64,000 bases of DNA from Octopus vulgaris. Taxonomy: Eukaryota. The notes beneath the pieces were generated by a model. The model was not told the origin of the DNA. It saw only the letters and a list, made by a program, of their open reading frames with translations, and did no database searches. The translations under genes were made by a program, and so were the position numbers. The DNA is taken from positions 19,778,001 to 19,842,000 of the forward strand of contig OX597843.1 in NCBI GenBank assembly GCA_951406725.2, in the 5' to 3' direction. Within the stretch, counting starts at the first letter, position 1. The number at the start of each line of letters is the position of its first letter. This document shows positions 29,674-46,690 of this stretch, in pieces.

Positions 29674-30144
29674 CTGAAAAAATAAATGTGAAATTTTGTC
29701 AGAAGAATTTCAGTTTCTTCTTATTTTATCGATCCCAAAAGAATGAAAGGCAAAATCGACTCCCGTAGCATTTGAACTGAGAACGTAAAGTCGGAAGAAA
29801 TGTCGCTAAGTATTTTGTCCGGTGCGTTAACGATTCTGCCAGCTCGCCACCATAAAGATTTATCTAATATTGGCTTCAAATTTTGGCACAAGGCCAGCAA
29901 TTTCAGGGGAAGGGATAAGTCGTTTACACCAACCCAGTGCTCAATTGGTATTTATTTCATCGACCCGAAAAAATTAAAGGCAAAGTCGAACTTAGCGGAA
30001 TTTGAACTGAAAACATAAAAAACGTTTAATTCTATCGTGTTAATCTATAAAGCTGTTATTTGCTCTACCAAGTAACATTCTCTCACAATAGAATGGCGCT
30101 GAAAACTTCAAAATTTGAGTTGAAATAAATGAAAAGAAACGAAC

Positions 30145-30259
30145 CAGTATCTTGTTGCTAAATATGCATGACATGGGATTTCTGCAGTAGTTCCTATTTT
30201 TGTCATTGGCCAGGAGAAGGTTTGATTGTTATTTGATGTTGTGCTTTCATCACAAACCA
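30145..30259 (-). CDS. aGPCR exon, hormone-receptor (HormR/HRM) domain part 1
   Basis: VCDESTTSNNNQTFSWPMTKIGTTAEIPCHAYLATRYC matches C...WPxT..G....PC.....RxC; phase 1-2. Confidence 0.88.
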
Positions 30260-30295
30260 CTGAAAAGAAACAAAACATGGATATGGGAGAAGTCA

Positions 30296-30299
30296 GTAA

Positions 30300-30348
<49 letters not shown>

Positions 30349-30454
30349 TGTAGTAGTAGTAGTAGTAGTGATGGTGGTGATTGTGGTGGTGGTGATAGTG
30401 TTGGTGCTGGTGATGTTGTTAGTGCTGGTGATAGTGGTGGTGCGGGTGATGGTG

Positions 30455-30485
<31 letters not shown>

Positions 30486-30552
30486 GTAGTAGTAGTAGTA
30501 GTAGTAATAGTAGTAGTAATAGTAGTAGTAGTAGTAGTAATAGTAGTAGTAA

Positions 30553-30586
<34 letters not shown>

Positions 30587-30608
30587 CGTAGCAGCAGCAG
30601 CAGCAGCA
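30296..30608. repeat. Compound (TAG)n/(TGG)n/(TAT)n/(CAG)n microsatellite
   Basis: Direct reading; intronic. Confidence 0.93.
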
Positions 30609-31214
30609 GTTGCTGTTGTAAATAGTTTGGACGTGCTGGCTGATTTGAAGACAATGTGCCATGAAGTGTTGCAAACATATATGGAGAGCGATATACTCAT
30701 ACGCTATGAAAAAATCTTCAAAATATGTCAGAACATTTTCGAATTGTTAGTCTCCCCGGGGAAGCAACTATTTGCTTCCATACTGAGATATGTACAAAGT
30801 ATGGATATGTATAGCAGTGACATACAAGCAGTCATTGAAAACGATAGAGTCTGATTAAAAAAGGATTAGCCGAGTTTGATTTCCTGGAGAAGAAATTCTT
30901 CATCTGGAGAAAATTTGAGGTCATCTATCTTGAGAGTGTAACTGAGAATCAAACGTCTTGGTCAATATCACCAGAAATAACAATTAGCAAAGACTTTTAT
31001 GTTTATATAAGACCCATTATATTGATACAGACTCGCATCGCAACTCACAATTCAAACGTCAACATACTACCCCTCTATTACCTTCCTTTTCACCAGCATA
31101 TAAAGAAACATTTGTAAACCTCGAAGGACCATAAAAACGGCTGACAACTGCTGGCCGAAATGTTGGGAATAGAAGTTAAATCTCCTAAATTCATATATAT
31201 ATATATATATATAT

Positions 31215-31280
<66 letters not shown>

Positions 31281-31284
<4 letters not shown>

Positions 31285-33808
31285 ATTGATTGATTGATTG
31301 ATTCTAGTTTCAGCTCACGAGTTGTGTCCATGCTGGGGCACCGCCATTTGGTGTTGCTACATGGTTTTATTTCACGAATGCTTTTTAGCAACTGCCATTT
31401 GGTGCATGAGAGAGTTCGATGCAGCTGCCCTCATCTGCACCTCCTGCCGTGAAGTTGGTTCATTTGGGATACCTGACAAGAAGAGATCCAGTTTCATTTT
31501 AAAGACATCTGCATCCACCCCATGCAGGTCTCTTAGGTCCTTCGGGAGGATATTGAAGAGCTGTGGGCCACAGAAGCCCAGGCTATCACAGTATCTTGTC
31601 CTACATCTTGATGGCAAATTTGGAGTCCTTGGCACCACGCAGTGGCGCCCAGTTCTGGCATTTGTGTAACTCTCGATGCCAAAGTTTGGGACAAGTCCTT
31701 CCAGGATCTTCCAGATGTATATTATGGCATATCTTTCTCACCTACGCTCCAGGGAATAGAGTTTTAATCTCTTGAGTCTTTCCCAGTAGCTTATATTCTG
31801 CACAGAGGCTATCTTCTTCGTGTAGCTACGTTGGATCGCCTCAAGTTCTGTGATCAACTTGACACTGGATGGTGACCATAGCTGAGAGCAATAGTCAAAG
31901 TGGTTTAGGACAAGTGTCCTCCAGAGGACCATCATGTTTTCTTGTTCTCTTGATCTAAAAGTTCTGAGAATCCATCCGGCCAGTCGTCTACATTTCATTG
32001 CCAATTTAGCAACATGTACACGAAAGGTTGCGTCATCACTCATGTAAATACCCAGGTCACGCACTGATTGTGCCTCTGGGATTGCAATTCGTCCGGGTCC
32101 AGTGTATTCATTGGGTATTGCATTTAGGTTTGCATGCTGATAGCATAAAGCTTGAAACTTTTCATCATTGAACTGCATGCTATTCTTTTCAGTCAACTTG
32201 TATATTTTGTCCAGCTCACATTGCAGGCGTTTAGTGTCCTCAGGGTTCTGTATTGCCTGTGAAACTTTTGTATCATCTACATAACTTGTGATCGTGGCTC
32301 TCTGCGTGGTTGAGGGCATGTCTGAGAGGGCCATTATGAACAGTAGTGGTCCCAAAACAGTGCCCTGCGGAACACCGCTCACTATTTGCGTGTTAATGGA
32401 AGTGGCTACTACCACCTGACTTCTATCTTTCAGAAAGTCATGAAGCCATTCTCCCAGTTTTCCAACTATGCTAAGATCACGCTGTTTGTGACATATCATT
32501 CCATGATCGACTTTATCAAAAGCCTTTGCAAAGTCGAGATATATCACTTCCAGATTTGAGTGGTTGAGCAGTCGTTTCAGCACCCAGTCATAGTGTTGTA
32601 GGAGCTGAGTGAAGCAGCTTCTTCCTGGTCGGAAACCATGTTGGGTGTCAGGCAGCAAGTAATTTTCTTCAAGGAAGGTGATCAGTTTCCTTCTGACTAT
32701 TCGTTCCATGACCTTGCTGATGGGTGAGGTCAGAGAGATAGGTATGTAGTTCTTGGCCTCCGCTCTGCTACCTCCTTTATGAATAGGGCATATTTTACCT
32801 TCCTTCAGTTTTTTTGGAAGTTTGCCAGCTGCAAGGAAGCTCTGAAAGAGGAACTGCAGTGGTCTTGCTAGGACTCTCTTACATACTTTTAGGAGGATTG
32901 CCGGGAATCCATCGGGGCCAGTAGCTGAGTCTGTTTTCATTTCATCTATAGCCTTTATTACATCGTCTTCCTTTATATCGATGTAATCTATCGTCGCTGC
33001 CTCTGATTTTATATCTGCAGTGGTAAAGAAATAAGTTGGATTGGTGATTTGGAAATACCCAAGGGGTGGAGTGAAAACACTCTTGAATTGCTCATTCAGT
33101 ATTTCACTTACCCTCATTGGTTTTCCTGTGGGTGTGCCATCCTTTTCAAGGAGTGGCCCTATCCTACAGTGCACTGTAGCTGTTTCTTTGCCATACCTGT
33201 AGAAAGCTCTGGGGTTAGATTTTATGTTGTCTATAACCCAGGCTTCTTTGTCTGCTCTTTCCTTTTCATGGGAGAGTTGCAGACATTTTTCAATTTCCAA
33301 CAGTTTTATTTTCAGGCGGGACTTTTCACTGCTTTCTACTTGTTTGTTTAGGCGATTTGAAATTTTTGTACGCCGTCTCATTAAAATTTTCCTCTCTCTG
33401 GGGATTTTGTTCTTGTGTACAGTGGCCTTCCTCTCTGGGACACATTTGTAGCATATGGCTTGCATTACAGACATGAATTGTTGAAGTTTCACGTCGATGT
33501 CTGGCGAGGAGAGACATTCAGGCCAGTTTTGTTTGAGGATCTCTTTCTCAATTTGTTTCCAGTTTGCCTTATGGAAGTTCAAGCTGGAAAGATTCTGAGG
33601 GTTTCTTGTAGGCTGCATATCCATGCTTTCCTTTGGCCCGTACATGGTCAGCTCTACCATGTTGTGATCCGAGAGTAGTGTCGGTGTCACTTTCACATTA
33701 TGGATGAGATCCATATTATTTGTGAAGCAGAGATCCAGTGTGTTACCTGCCCTGGTTGGTTGGAGTATTACTTGCTCCATGTACAGGGTGTTGATGAGGT
33801 ATATATAA
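31281..33808 (-). mobile_element. 5'-truncated CR1-group LINE (end of endonuclease plus RT)
   Basis: ORF 31738-33879: PTRAGNTLDL, YLDFAKAFDKVDH, GVPQGTVLGPLLF, YVDDTK; frameshift near the C-terminus; (TCAA)n tail at 31281-31303. Confidence 0.92.
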
Positions 33809-33817
33809 AGGCTTATC

Positions 33818-34197
33818 TGTGTGGTAAGAAGCTTGCTTCCCAACAACATGGTTCCAGGTTCAGTCGGACAGCGTGGCACCTCGCTCGGGCAAGTGTCTTC
33901 TAATATATCCTCGGGTCCACCAAAGCCTTGTGAGTGTATTTAGTAGGCGGAAACTGAAAGAAGCCCGTCGTATACACACACACTCACAAACATATATGTT
34001 TGTGTGCCTGTGTTTGTCCACTACCATTGCTTTACGATCGATGTTGGTGTGTTTACATCACCTTAACTTACAGGCTCGGTAAAAGAAATCGATAGAATAA
34101 GTACTAGGCTTACAAAGAATAAATCCTGGAGTCGATTTGTTCGACTAAATTTGGTGCTGCAGCATGACCGCAGTCAGATGATTGAAACAAGTAAAAG
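33818..34197 (+). mobile_element. SINE family A
   Basis: Same head, core and tail; abuts the 5'-truncated end of the LINE. Confidence 0.8.
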
Positions 34198-34255
34198 TAT
34201 ATATATATATATATATGCATATATACATACGCATATGTACATACTTACATTATAC

Positions 34256-34299
<44 letters not shown>

Positions 34300-34362
34300 G
34301 CATATACGGGCACAGGACGTCACAAAACGTAAACAATAAAAAATACGAAGTACAAGTACATG

Positions 34363-34395
<33 letters not shown>

Positions 34396-36239
34396 ATATA
34401 TATTATATACATATATTATTTATATTATTATATAATTGAACGCCACGCATCCTCTTCCAAGTAAGTTTTATCATAATAATTCTGATGCACACTCTATTCT
34501 ATCCTTTTACGTTTTCGTTTTTCTCTATTCCTTTCTCTTATTCTTTTACCTCCTCTTCTGCCACTATTCTATCTTATTACTCTTTCATTTTCCCCTCTTC
34601 CTTTCTCTTATTCTTCTACCTCCCGCTCTCCCCTCCTATTTTAATCATTTATCCTATCTGCAAATCTTTTCTTCTCCACTTCACAGTTCGCTGCCTGTCA
34701 CTCTCTCTCCCTCACTCTCCCAACGTGACCATCGGCCATCTTACTTCTCTTAAGTTGTTTCTTTCTCTGTGTTGTAACTGGACCAAGAAGAAGAAGACGT
34801 ATTCTTGTCTGTCTCCTGTCCAAGCTTTTTTTCACGCGTTCGCCACCACAACCTCATTGAGGCTTAGCACTTCCTGTTTGTTTTCACTGTCCGGTTTTTG
34901 TTACCAATTTTGACCCTCCGCCCATTCCTTAATTTGATTTAACTTTGCTTTGCGGGAGCAACTGTTTTATCGAAGGCGTATCTTGTGAAATGCTCGAAAT
35001 ACGGAAGTAGAAAAACAGCCGTTTAAAGAGAGTAATAATGTAATAAATTTTGAAGATGTATGATTGTCGATTCTTCTTTACAATATCTTGATGATATATG
35101 TATACAAGTATGTATGATTATGCACGCACAGACACATACACACACATACATACCCACACACACATATACAGAGTGTCTCCAAAGAATGTATACACACATT
35201 GAATGATTGTGAAGTCAGTTCTTATAATACATTTCACTTTCAGACGGATTTTATTTCTTTATGAACGCTTGTTTTGAAACTTATGATCATTCTGTTTCAA
35301 TTCCTGTTGATATCGCAAAGCAATCGTGTCTCAAACATCAAGGATCCTCGTAGTAGATATGACCAAAGCCTCGATCATCTTCCAGTGGCTTGGATTATCC
35401 ATTATCGCAGCAGTTAAAACTGTCAACTGGAAGTCACTATTTGTCCACTGAAGCAAAATTGGAAATAGCGTATACCTATACACACGTTCATATGTACGTA
35501 CGTTCAAATACAGGCACATACGTACATATACACACATATATATATAAACATAAAATATATATAATACACTCACATGCACACACATACATAGGCGCAGGCG
35601 TAGCTGCGTGGTAAGAAGTTTGGTTTCCTATCACATGGTCTCGGGTCCATGTGAGTGGATTTGGTAGAGAGAACATGGAAGAAGACCATCGTATATGATA
35701 ATATATTTTATGCTGGGCATACATAAACTTCAGATTGATTTGGTGGTGGTAAAAAGAAAGGAAACGGAGCCGAGTGAGAAAAAATAAATCACTGCTCGGC
35801 AATGGGATGTGATTTGTTTCTCTTCTATGTTTGTTGGACGTGTCAGTTGTGATTGAGTATCTATCGTTCCTAGTTCGAAAATGAACGTGACCACATAACA
35901 CAAAATAAATTTGAGCTCAGGAAAATTATTTGCAGCACTAAATAATTTTCCTGTTCGAGTAAATGAAAGCGCACGATTTGTGTGAATTTTTCAATCCAGT
36001 GGAGCCTGCACCTTCTACTTCTATACATAAGTAGAATACATTTTTGCCCACGAGGTAATTGGTATAATTAAAAAGAAAATGTAAATAAATAGATCTGTAT
36101 GATTGTGTGTGTGTGTGTGTGTCCTGTGGTATTATCTACTGATGATGACGATGACGACAACGGCGAAGATGATGGTAATGGTGATGATAAAGCTAATTAT
36201 GATGGTAGTGGTGATAAAAATAAGAGACACAATACTTAC

Positions 36240-36397
36240 TTTCATCAAACAAATCTATGTGACTTTGCTGTACACCAACGTTACGCAAAGTTTGGGATGT
36301 GTTTAAAACTTGGGAGATATTGCGCAACAGTTGTTTTTTAGATGTCTTGCTATATGGCTTGGAGTAAATTGCAAATATCGTCCGGTTTCTGTCCAAA
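36240..36397 (-). CDS. aGPCR exon, SEA-like domain part 3
   Basis: LDRNRTIFAIYSKPYSKTSKKQLLRNISQVLNTSQTLRNVGVQQSHIDLFDE; phase 2-1; |gtaagt. Confidence 0.8.
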
Positions 36398-36438
36398 CTG
36401 AAATAAGAATAAATACACGTATATAGATAGATAAAGGA

Positions 36439-36543
<105 letters not shown>

Positions 36544-37439
36544 ATAAATAAATATAATTAGTTTAAACAGTCAGCAGAATTTTCCTAGGTTATGGCAATC
36601 TAACTGGTTTTTAAAATAATTTTGTCCTAATTACAGGACCTAAATTGCACCATTATATAAATCTGACCATTGACTGAAAAACTTCCATTTACTGATTATG
36701 GATAACAATGTATCAACACTGATGCGTGTCGACCACAGTTTCTTTACTTTAGTAAGGCTGTTTAATTCTGCTACTTATATAAAATAAGATTGAAATTTCA
36801 TAGTAAACACGTAAACATGGCTAGTCATACACTCACATGTGCGCTCGCGGACCCACGTGCGTACTTATACGTCACTATGATAACGTACACATCTTCACTC
36901 GCATTTTTAGCCAAATATATACGCATATATATACAAACTCATACACACACACATGCGTACCGTAAAAGTTCATACATACGTCTATATATGCACAAGAAAA
37001 ACCATGGTTAAAGGTAACAGAAAAAAACACAAGGAAGTATACAAAGCATAAAAACCACGTTCATATACGGACATGCCCTTATGCACTCATACACACACAC
37101 GCCCATATATGTACATACCCGCACATGTTTATATACGCATACACACACACGCATATACGAAAAATGAATATACATATGCCCCCGCCCCCACAAAAAACTA
37201 AAAAAATCGAAAAATACTAAGTAAAAACGTCTATATATATATGCATTCTTATGCCCGCACACACGCACACATCTAAAACTGCCCACTCATAAATATTCAC
37301 ACACGTGTACAAATGAATCTATATACACGTCTATATAGGCACAGGAAAAAATGCAGGATAAAAAAGTACAGAAAAAATTATTACGCGTGAAAATATAAAA
37401 ATATATGAAATAATAAAAGGTATAATGAGATAAAAAACT

Positions 37440-39897
<2,458 letters not shown>

Positions 39898-40205
39898 GTT
39901 TTAAAGATATTTAACGTTGAGAAAGATGGTGTTTTGCAACGCAGGACTTGATTAGCTTAATGTTATAGCGTTGCTATATTTATACAGGTCTCTCTGTATT
40001 TTTATGTTTTTGTTTGCTCCTTTATAATAATATACTGATAAAACACTTAAACATTTAATTGAAAGTTTGAATTTGTATATTGTGTGTCACAAGTACAACA
40101 TTCTTTATTATTGTGATATTTAAAGCGTACGATAAAAACAGGACTGGAATGTTTGGAACAAAAATAAACAAAATTTGAATAAAACTGATAAAAGATTTTG
40201 CTTAC

Positions 40206-40255
40206 CCACAATATTCAATAGTGAAGGTTCCCGTCGTGGTTAACTCACGTTCCAT
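40206..40255 (-). CDS. aGPCR 50-nt exon, SEA-like domain part 2
   Basis: [17 protein letters not shown]; phase 0-2, exactly bridging the flanking exon phases; tgcag| and |gtaagc. Confidence 0.78.
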
Positions 40256-40336
40256 CTGCAAAAGTCGTATATATATATATATATATACTTACATACAAAT
40301 ACACACACACACACACACACACACATACACACACGT

Positions 40337-40392
<56 letters not shown>

Positions 40393-40575
40393 TATATAGA
40401 AGGAGTTTATATAGGACTAGTACTGTTTCATTCAAGAGAAATCTTTCCTGAAGATTTCTCTTGAATGAAACAGTACTAGTCCTGTAGAAGCTCCTTCTAT
40501 ATAATAAATTAATTTTACTCTGCTATGTATTGAGTACCTTACTTACTGTGGTTAACCCCGAATCAACCCGGGACC

Positions 40576-40620
<45 letters not shown>

Positions 40621-41344
40621 GTGTGTGTATGTGTGTGTGTAAACACAAAACCAGTCAATAATGATGTGGCGTTTTATTTACTGTCAGTCAGAATCGGAGA
40701 TAATATAACGGAATATAAAAATGATGTATTCCGACTAAAGATAAGATGGTGGATAGAATAGTCTTTTTATTGACCAGCACAAATATCACATTCAGTGAGA
40801 TTAACAGTTTCACCTTTCACTAAATGGAGTTGATTGTCTGAATTTCATGAAATACAAGTTATTCTTATTCTCTTACTACCGTCTACTTCATGTTCATGTC
40901 TCAGAATATTTACAGGTCAATATAAAAGTCCGTATATACTTACATACGTACAAATTATGTACATATCGGTTATATTAGATAGCCCATGTTCAATTTCTAC
41001 CAACTTAGGTCTGATGTGGAGGCCGTGAATTTGAGTTTGGTTTGATGAGCCTACTCTGACAAATTGGTTCTAACTGGCTTGGCAGAGGGGTACAATTTTT
41101 TATACTCTTACCCAGGAGTAGTTAAAGTGATTAAGTCAACACACACACGCACACACAGCCATTACTTATTTTATTGATCCCGAAAGGACGAAAGGCAGAG
41201 TCAGCCTCGGTCGAATTTGAACTCAAAACGTAAAGACGTACGCAATACCGCTAAACATTTTGTCCGGCGTGCCAACGACACTTCTAGCTCACCGCAGAAT
41301 ATATAGTGAGTCAAATAATAAATACATACGCACATAAATACTGA

Positions 41345-41388
<44 letters not shown>

Positions 41389-41392
<4 letters not shown>

Positions 41393-41555
41393 CGCAGGAG
41401 TGGCTGTGTGGTAAGTAGCTTGTTTACCAACCACATGGTTCCGGGTTCAGTCCCACTGCGTGTCACCTTGGGCAAGTGCCTTCTACTATAGGCTCGGGCC
41501 GACGAAGGCCTTGTGAGTGGATTTGGTAGACGGAAACTAAAAGAAGCCCGTCGTA

Positions 41556-41605
<50 letters not shown>

Positions 41606-41830
41606 TGTGTGTGTGTGTGTGTCTGTTTGTGTGTGTTTGTGTTTGTCCCCCTAGCATTGCTTGACAACCGATGCTGGTGTGTTTATGTCCCCGTCACTTA
41701 GCGGTTCGGCAAAAGAGACCGATAGAATAAGTACTGGGCTTACATAAGAATAAGTCCCGGGTTCGAGTTGCTCGATTAAAGGCGGTGCCCCAGCATGGCC
41801 GCAGTCAAATGACTGAAACAAGTAAAAGGG
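41389..41830 (+). mobile_element. SINE family A, full-length (further partial copies at 35590-35690 and 59175-59480)
   Basis: Pol III A/B boxes, ccttgggcaagtg core, internal microsatellite, ...gactgaaacaagtaaaa tail. Confidence 0.88.
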
Positions 41831-41895
41831 TAAAGAGTAAAAGAGTATATTTTTATATATATATATATATATATACATATATATACATATACATA

Positions 41896-41938
<43 letters not shown>

Positions 41939-42194
41939 GTATGCATGTATTTAACATGTATTTATATATTTATGTATTTATGTTTGAGTGGATCAGGCGA
42001 AACTTCAAGTAGTTGTTGTTTTAACGAAATCAATATTTACTAAAGATATTGAACCCTTATTTGTTTGATGCTTTCCTTTTCTTCTGTAAGCGTGTGTGTG
42101 TGTGCGGGGCGGCGTGTGTGTGCGTGTGTGCGTGCTTATATGCGCAGAAAGAAAGAGACAGAAAGGAAAAGAGGGAGAACAAATATCTACTCAC

Positions 42195-42277
42195 AGCTTT
42201 TGATAAGTTCTCAGCAGAGATTTTATATTCGCTGAACTTTTTAAAAGTCAAATGGAATACGAAGAAATTGGTCCAGT
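42195..42277 (-). CDS. aGPCR exon, SEA-like domain part 1
   Basis: WTNFFVFHLTFKKFSEYKISAENLSKA; phase 1-0; tag| and |gtgagt. Confidence 0.78.
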
Positions 42278-42469
42278 CTATGGAAGGATAAAGAAGATAA
42301 TCATTGCCTTTATAAATGAGGCACACATCAAAAATTCGCACAAACCGACATACGTAGATAAATATACAATCTGCATAATCACATATACACTCAAAAATAC
42401 ATACATACATATACACATACATACATATACATACATATATGTGTGTGGGAGTGTATAATTAACGAGAGA

Positions 42470-44100
42470 AACTGAAAGTGGACTTCTTCAAAAGTATTTT
42501 TATCGGCTGATAAATTGGAGACGCTCCTGCCGAATGTCGTTAACTAGTTGTTCAATGGCTGCTGGTTGATGGTTGGAGCCTATGTCGATATACGAAGCTT
42601 CCTCATTTGGTTTGTGGTAGGGTTTAAATTTGGTTGTACTAAGGTTCATGTTATAACTAGGAAGTTGACTTCTTTAAGGTCGGTACTAACTGTGGTTCTT
42701 AAAATTGGCGTAATGTTTTGCATAAGGTTTTCCTTATCCTATCCATAATGTGTCCGTTTTTATTGTCTACCACCTCCAGGCCATCGTCCCTATATAAACC
42801 TATGTTGGCTTCTTTTATCTCTTTTCCAAGGATATTTAGGATATAGAGGCCTAAAAGGTCAGCCATTATAGCTCCATATTGCCATTTCAAATAGATCGTC
42901 CTTATTCTTTTTTTTACCCAATAGGAATTATTATGAAAAAGTAATAACTTCCTTACGTTCATAATTATATCTACATCAGTGTTTGTTATGATAACATATG
43001 CCTTACTATATTCAAGTGTCTTTTGACGAACGCTTTAGGAGATCGAAGGGTAAAACTCTACGAGTGGTAAATCTCATTTGACATCGGCTTCAGCCACCCT
43101 CCAGTAGTCATTAAACAACTAGTTAACAACATTAGCAGGCGCGTCTCCAATTTATTCTCCGATAAAGATACTTTTGAAAGACCACAAGTTTAGTTTCCCA
43201 TACTGAACCCCCCACCACCACCACCACTATAATGCTGCATTAGAAAGGTCCAAATTCAATAATAACATAAACTACATTGAACCAAATATACATAGACCAT
43301 GAAGGCGCAGACAGAGGAATCTCTTAGGATCTAATCCCCCTTATAGCAGAGTTATGAAATTCTTCATACAGTGTTATGAAATTCTTCAAATTAATAGACA
43401 ATCCATTCTTGTATTCACACAACTACCACAAGACCTTCAAAAGAAAAATTGTTAAACTCAGCCATAGTTGTTTCCCTAATATAGGGTCAATAATACTCCA
43501 CCAGAATAAAAATACACACGCCTGAAATATTCCCGAAAGACAATGTAATGGTAGATATCCAGATCGCTGTGCTTTAAGAAACAACTGTCAGGAAAAAAAA
43601 AATATATAGAAGACCAAAATCATGGATCCCAATGAAGTAACAAAGACGCATATTGGAATGACGGGCAATTCGTTGAAGGAAAGATATATTCAACACTTGG
43701 TCTCATTTAGGGACAAAAATAAAAGACATGCAGCATTCTTTTCCAATTTGATATGGACATTGTAAGAAAGAAGAATAAGTAGTCCCCAGATAAGATAGAA
43801 CATCATTGCTAAAGTCAGAAAATATAGAAAACACTAAAATACTAAATATCATACAATCAATAGACTACACCCTAAATATTGGGGACGAAACCTTTTCTCT
43901 CTACATACACAAGCAATATCTCACACTTAGACACTTCAAAGAGGAACCACCACTCGCGCCGCTAAGCCAACAAGGATAGTTTCTTTTCCTGGACATGAAA
44001 ATTGACTAAATACCACACAAGAACCCCGCAGCTAGAAGAAACATGTCCATATGACGAACTACCTCAGCACACAAACATACTAACATCACATTTACCTAGA
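42470..44100. mobile_element. Second, older Penelope-like element in inverted arrangement
   Basis: Minus-strand RT remnant (DLLGLYIL, GLYRDDGL) at 42470-43060, then plus-strand thumb/endonuclease remnant from 43078; about 110 bp shared in inverted orientation. Confidence 0.72.
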
Positions 44101-44602
44101 ATACTATATAAGGTAAACAAATTTAACCTCCAGCATGACTGTTGTCCTCCAAAGTGAAATAACCACTCAAATGTGCCATCCAAGAGTAGCACCCCTTGAT
44201 TTATTATTTTCTTTACGAGATTTTCTTCGAATTCACGAGAGTTTGTGTTGAACACTATTCCTCCATGTGATCAACTTGAAAAATTGTTAAAATAATAAGA
44301 TATTGCTCTTAACATGAAACTAATGGTAGTTTTAATACGCAAATAAAGAATTCTAACCCCCAATGGGGTGTTGAGCACTCATTCTCGTCGTTCGCAATAT
44401 ATATATATATATATATATCTACATACATACACACAAATATGTATGTATGCACGGTCGCATGGGTGTACACATATATACACACATGCAAACACATATACAT
44501 ACAACAAAATATCTTCCCATATAACTATCATACTATGTTCTTATTAACTATTAATCTGTAATAAATCAGGTTTAGTTATCTTAGGCAATAAATAAGACTT
44601 AC

Positions 44603-44786
44603 CAAGGAAATCATTCTTGTTACATATATTTCCGACACAACAACCAACACAAGAAGTGCCATTGGTCCATTTATTGCAAGTAAGGGTATTGTTTCTCATA
44701 GCTTCAACACATTTTCTGTATGTGCTGCAGGACTTTTCAATCTTCATTGTAACACCGTTCATTGACATTGCAAATCGGCATACTGG
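44603..44786 (-). CDS. aGPCR exon, second half of Ly6/uPAR domain
   Basis: PVCRFAMSMNGVTMKIEKSCSTYRKCVEAMRNNTLTCNKWTNGTSCVGCCVGNICNKNDFL ends in the CCxxxxCN signature; phase 0-1; |gtaagt. Confidence 0.88.
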
Positions 44787-46690
44787 CTGTAATAATAGAT
44801 ATAAAAATGATGTACTACAACCATAACATTTACTACTATGACTACTGCAACAACAACTCTAGAAATGTTTATCATGCAACAAGGTTTAATCATTGCTTTA
44901 AAAATAGCATAAAGCAAGAAATGAAACCGAAAACAACTTGTCAAAGAATTGAAAATTAACAACATAAGTAATTCTCTGTAAAGTTTATGGTTATTTACGA
45001 CTTATAATAAATAATGTTTTGAATACTTACAGTATTCAAAGTTCTCTGATCACATGTAGATATGGCCATCGAATCACGGTTCAAATCAAAACCACTTCAC
45101 TCTGCCACCCACCATAAAACTTAAGATAGGTAAAATAATCCCAATAATTATGTATCATTCCGCCAAAGTTTCCTCTGCATCGGGAATGCAAACGGGGATT
45201 TTTTGATACAACATTTACGAAACATTTTGCGTACAAAACTCACCAGCAACAGCAAATCATACACCCGTACCCAAAGCTGATAATTAAATAAATTTATCAG
45301 ATTGAACACCTCAGGCTTTGCAAATAAAACAGAAAATGCATAAATAGACACAAGAGAAATATGCTTTTATTTTGCAAGTATATTTTATGGTCACGAAACG
45401 AAAATAGGATATATTAGTATAAAATGTGGAGAGATCATAGCTAAGATCCAAATGTATCATCGGACCTCACTAAACTTAATAAAATACATTCTGAAAATAA
45501 AAAATATCAGAAATTGAGAACATTTAAAGGGGAAAATGCACCACAAAATACAATTAATGATTTCATACACCTAACAACGATAAAAGCAAAGGGAATGTAG
45601 TTCACGAAGTTAGTAATATATGTAGCCTTAATTTGAGCCTGAAACTCGGGTCTTTCAAACTAGGAGAATTTTCAGAAATAAAAATGCAGATCTCTGAAAC
45701 TGAGTTACGATGTCATGCACAAATAACCAATAGAAACTGCACATAATACCGGTAGCCTGGCGTCTTCAAAAAAGCCAATGGAGTCGGTGATTGGAAACGA
45801 ATGAAGCTTTAAATAAGCTAAGTCAGTTTCAAGAAAACAGAAAGGTCTCAGAGCAGAACAGACAATGAAATAGAGAACAGAGTGCAGCCATGCACTTATA
45901 TCAAACTCTATTCTCCTATATTCCCGTATATCAGTTAAGGTGAAGCATTGATCTGTGTCATTACCAATGTACTGGAGTACAACTACGTGGTCAGACATAC
46001 GCCTGGCAATTTCAACTCGTGTTTTAGCTGCGTTTTAAACGTATTGCTTGTGTCTTTTCCACTTGAAATAATACTAAATTATGTTCTGAAGTGTTTGTTG
46101 TACTACTTGATGTGAGCGAAGATTTAATAAGCTTTCAATTTTTCATTAGTAGAGATATATAATATTTCTCTGTTGTTGTACCTTTCAACCTCGTCTATCA
46201 GACAGCCTCTTTTGCTATAGAGACCAGACAAAGGATAACTGTCATTTGCTGCCTTAACTAATTCATTGATCCGCTATTTTGTAATCTTTGCGAACTGGCC
46301 ACGTCCGACTTCTAACTACCCCCTCTAAGTCTAGCGACTCCAGATCATTCTACAAGGAACCTTGATCTCAAGTTGCCTCCTGGTCACGTACATTCATACA
46401 TCCCACTCTAAGTACAGCTATGTTTATCATAAGTTCTTGTGTTCGATTCTTGGGCAGGGTTCAATGTTGTTTCCTTGCACTTCGTTTTAGTCTACTCAAG
46501 TAAAAATGGATCCCAGCTTAGTGTTTGTCATCTATTTCTCCCTTCAATCTTCAGATATTTGTTGTCCCATTGAGTCATGGATAAGAAGATCAATAAGGTG
46601 TTCATGTCTACATAGGCACCTACAACAATTAGCGAGTGACAGTTACGGATATATCTTAACGGAAAGGAAGAAAATAAGATCCTAGTTTAC

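Noticed and set aside
31738-33879. 713-aa ORF as a host gene
   Set aside because: LINE reverse transcriptase; its N-terminus is read from an adjacent SINE.
34940-35020. Hammerhead-like GAAA fragments (also about 49240-49500)
   Set aside because: Core and stems too degenerate to support a call.
41389-41465. tRNA-like A/B boxes
   Set aside because: SINE head repeated several times in the window; not a full cloverleaf gene.
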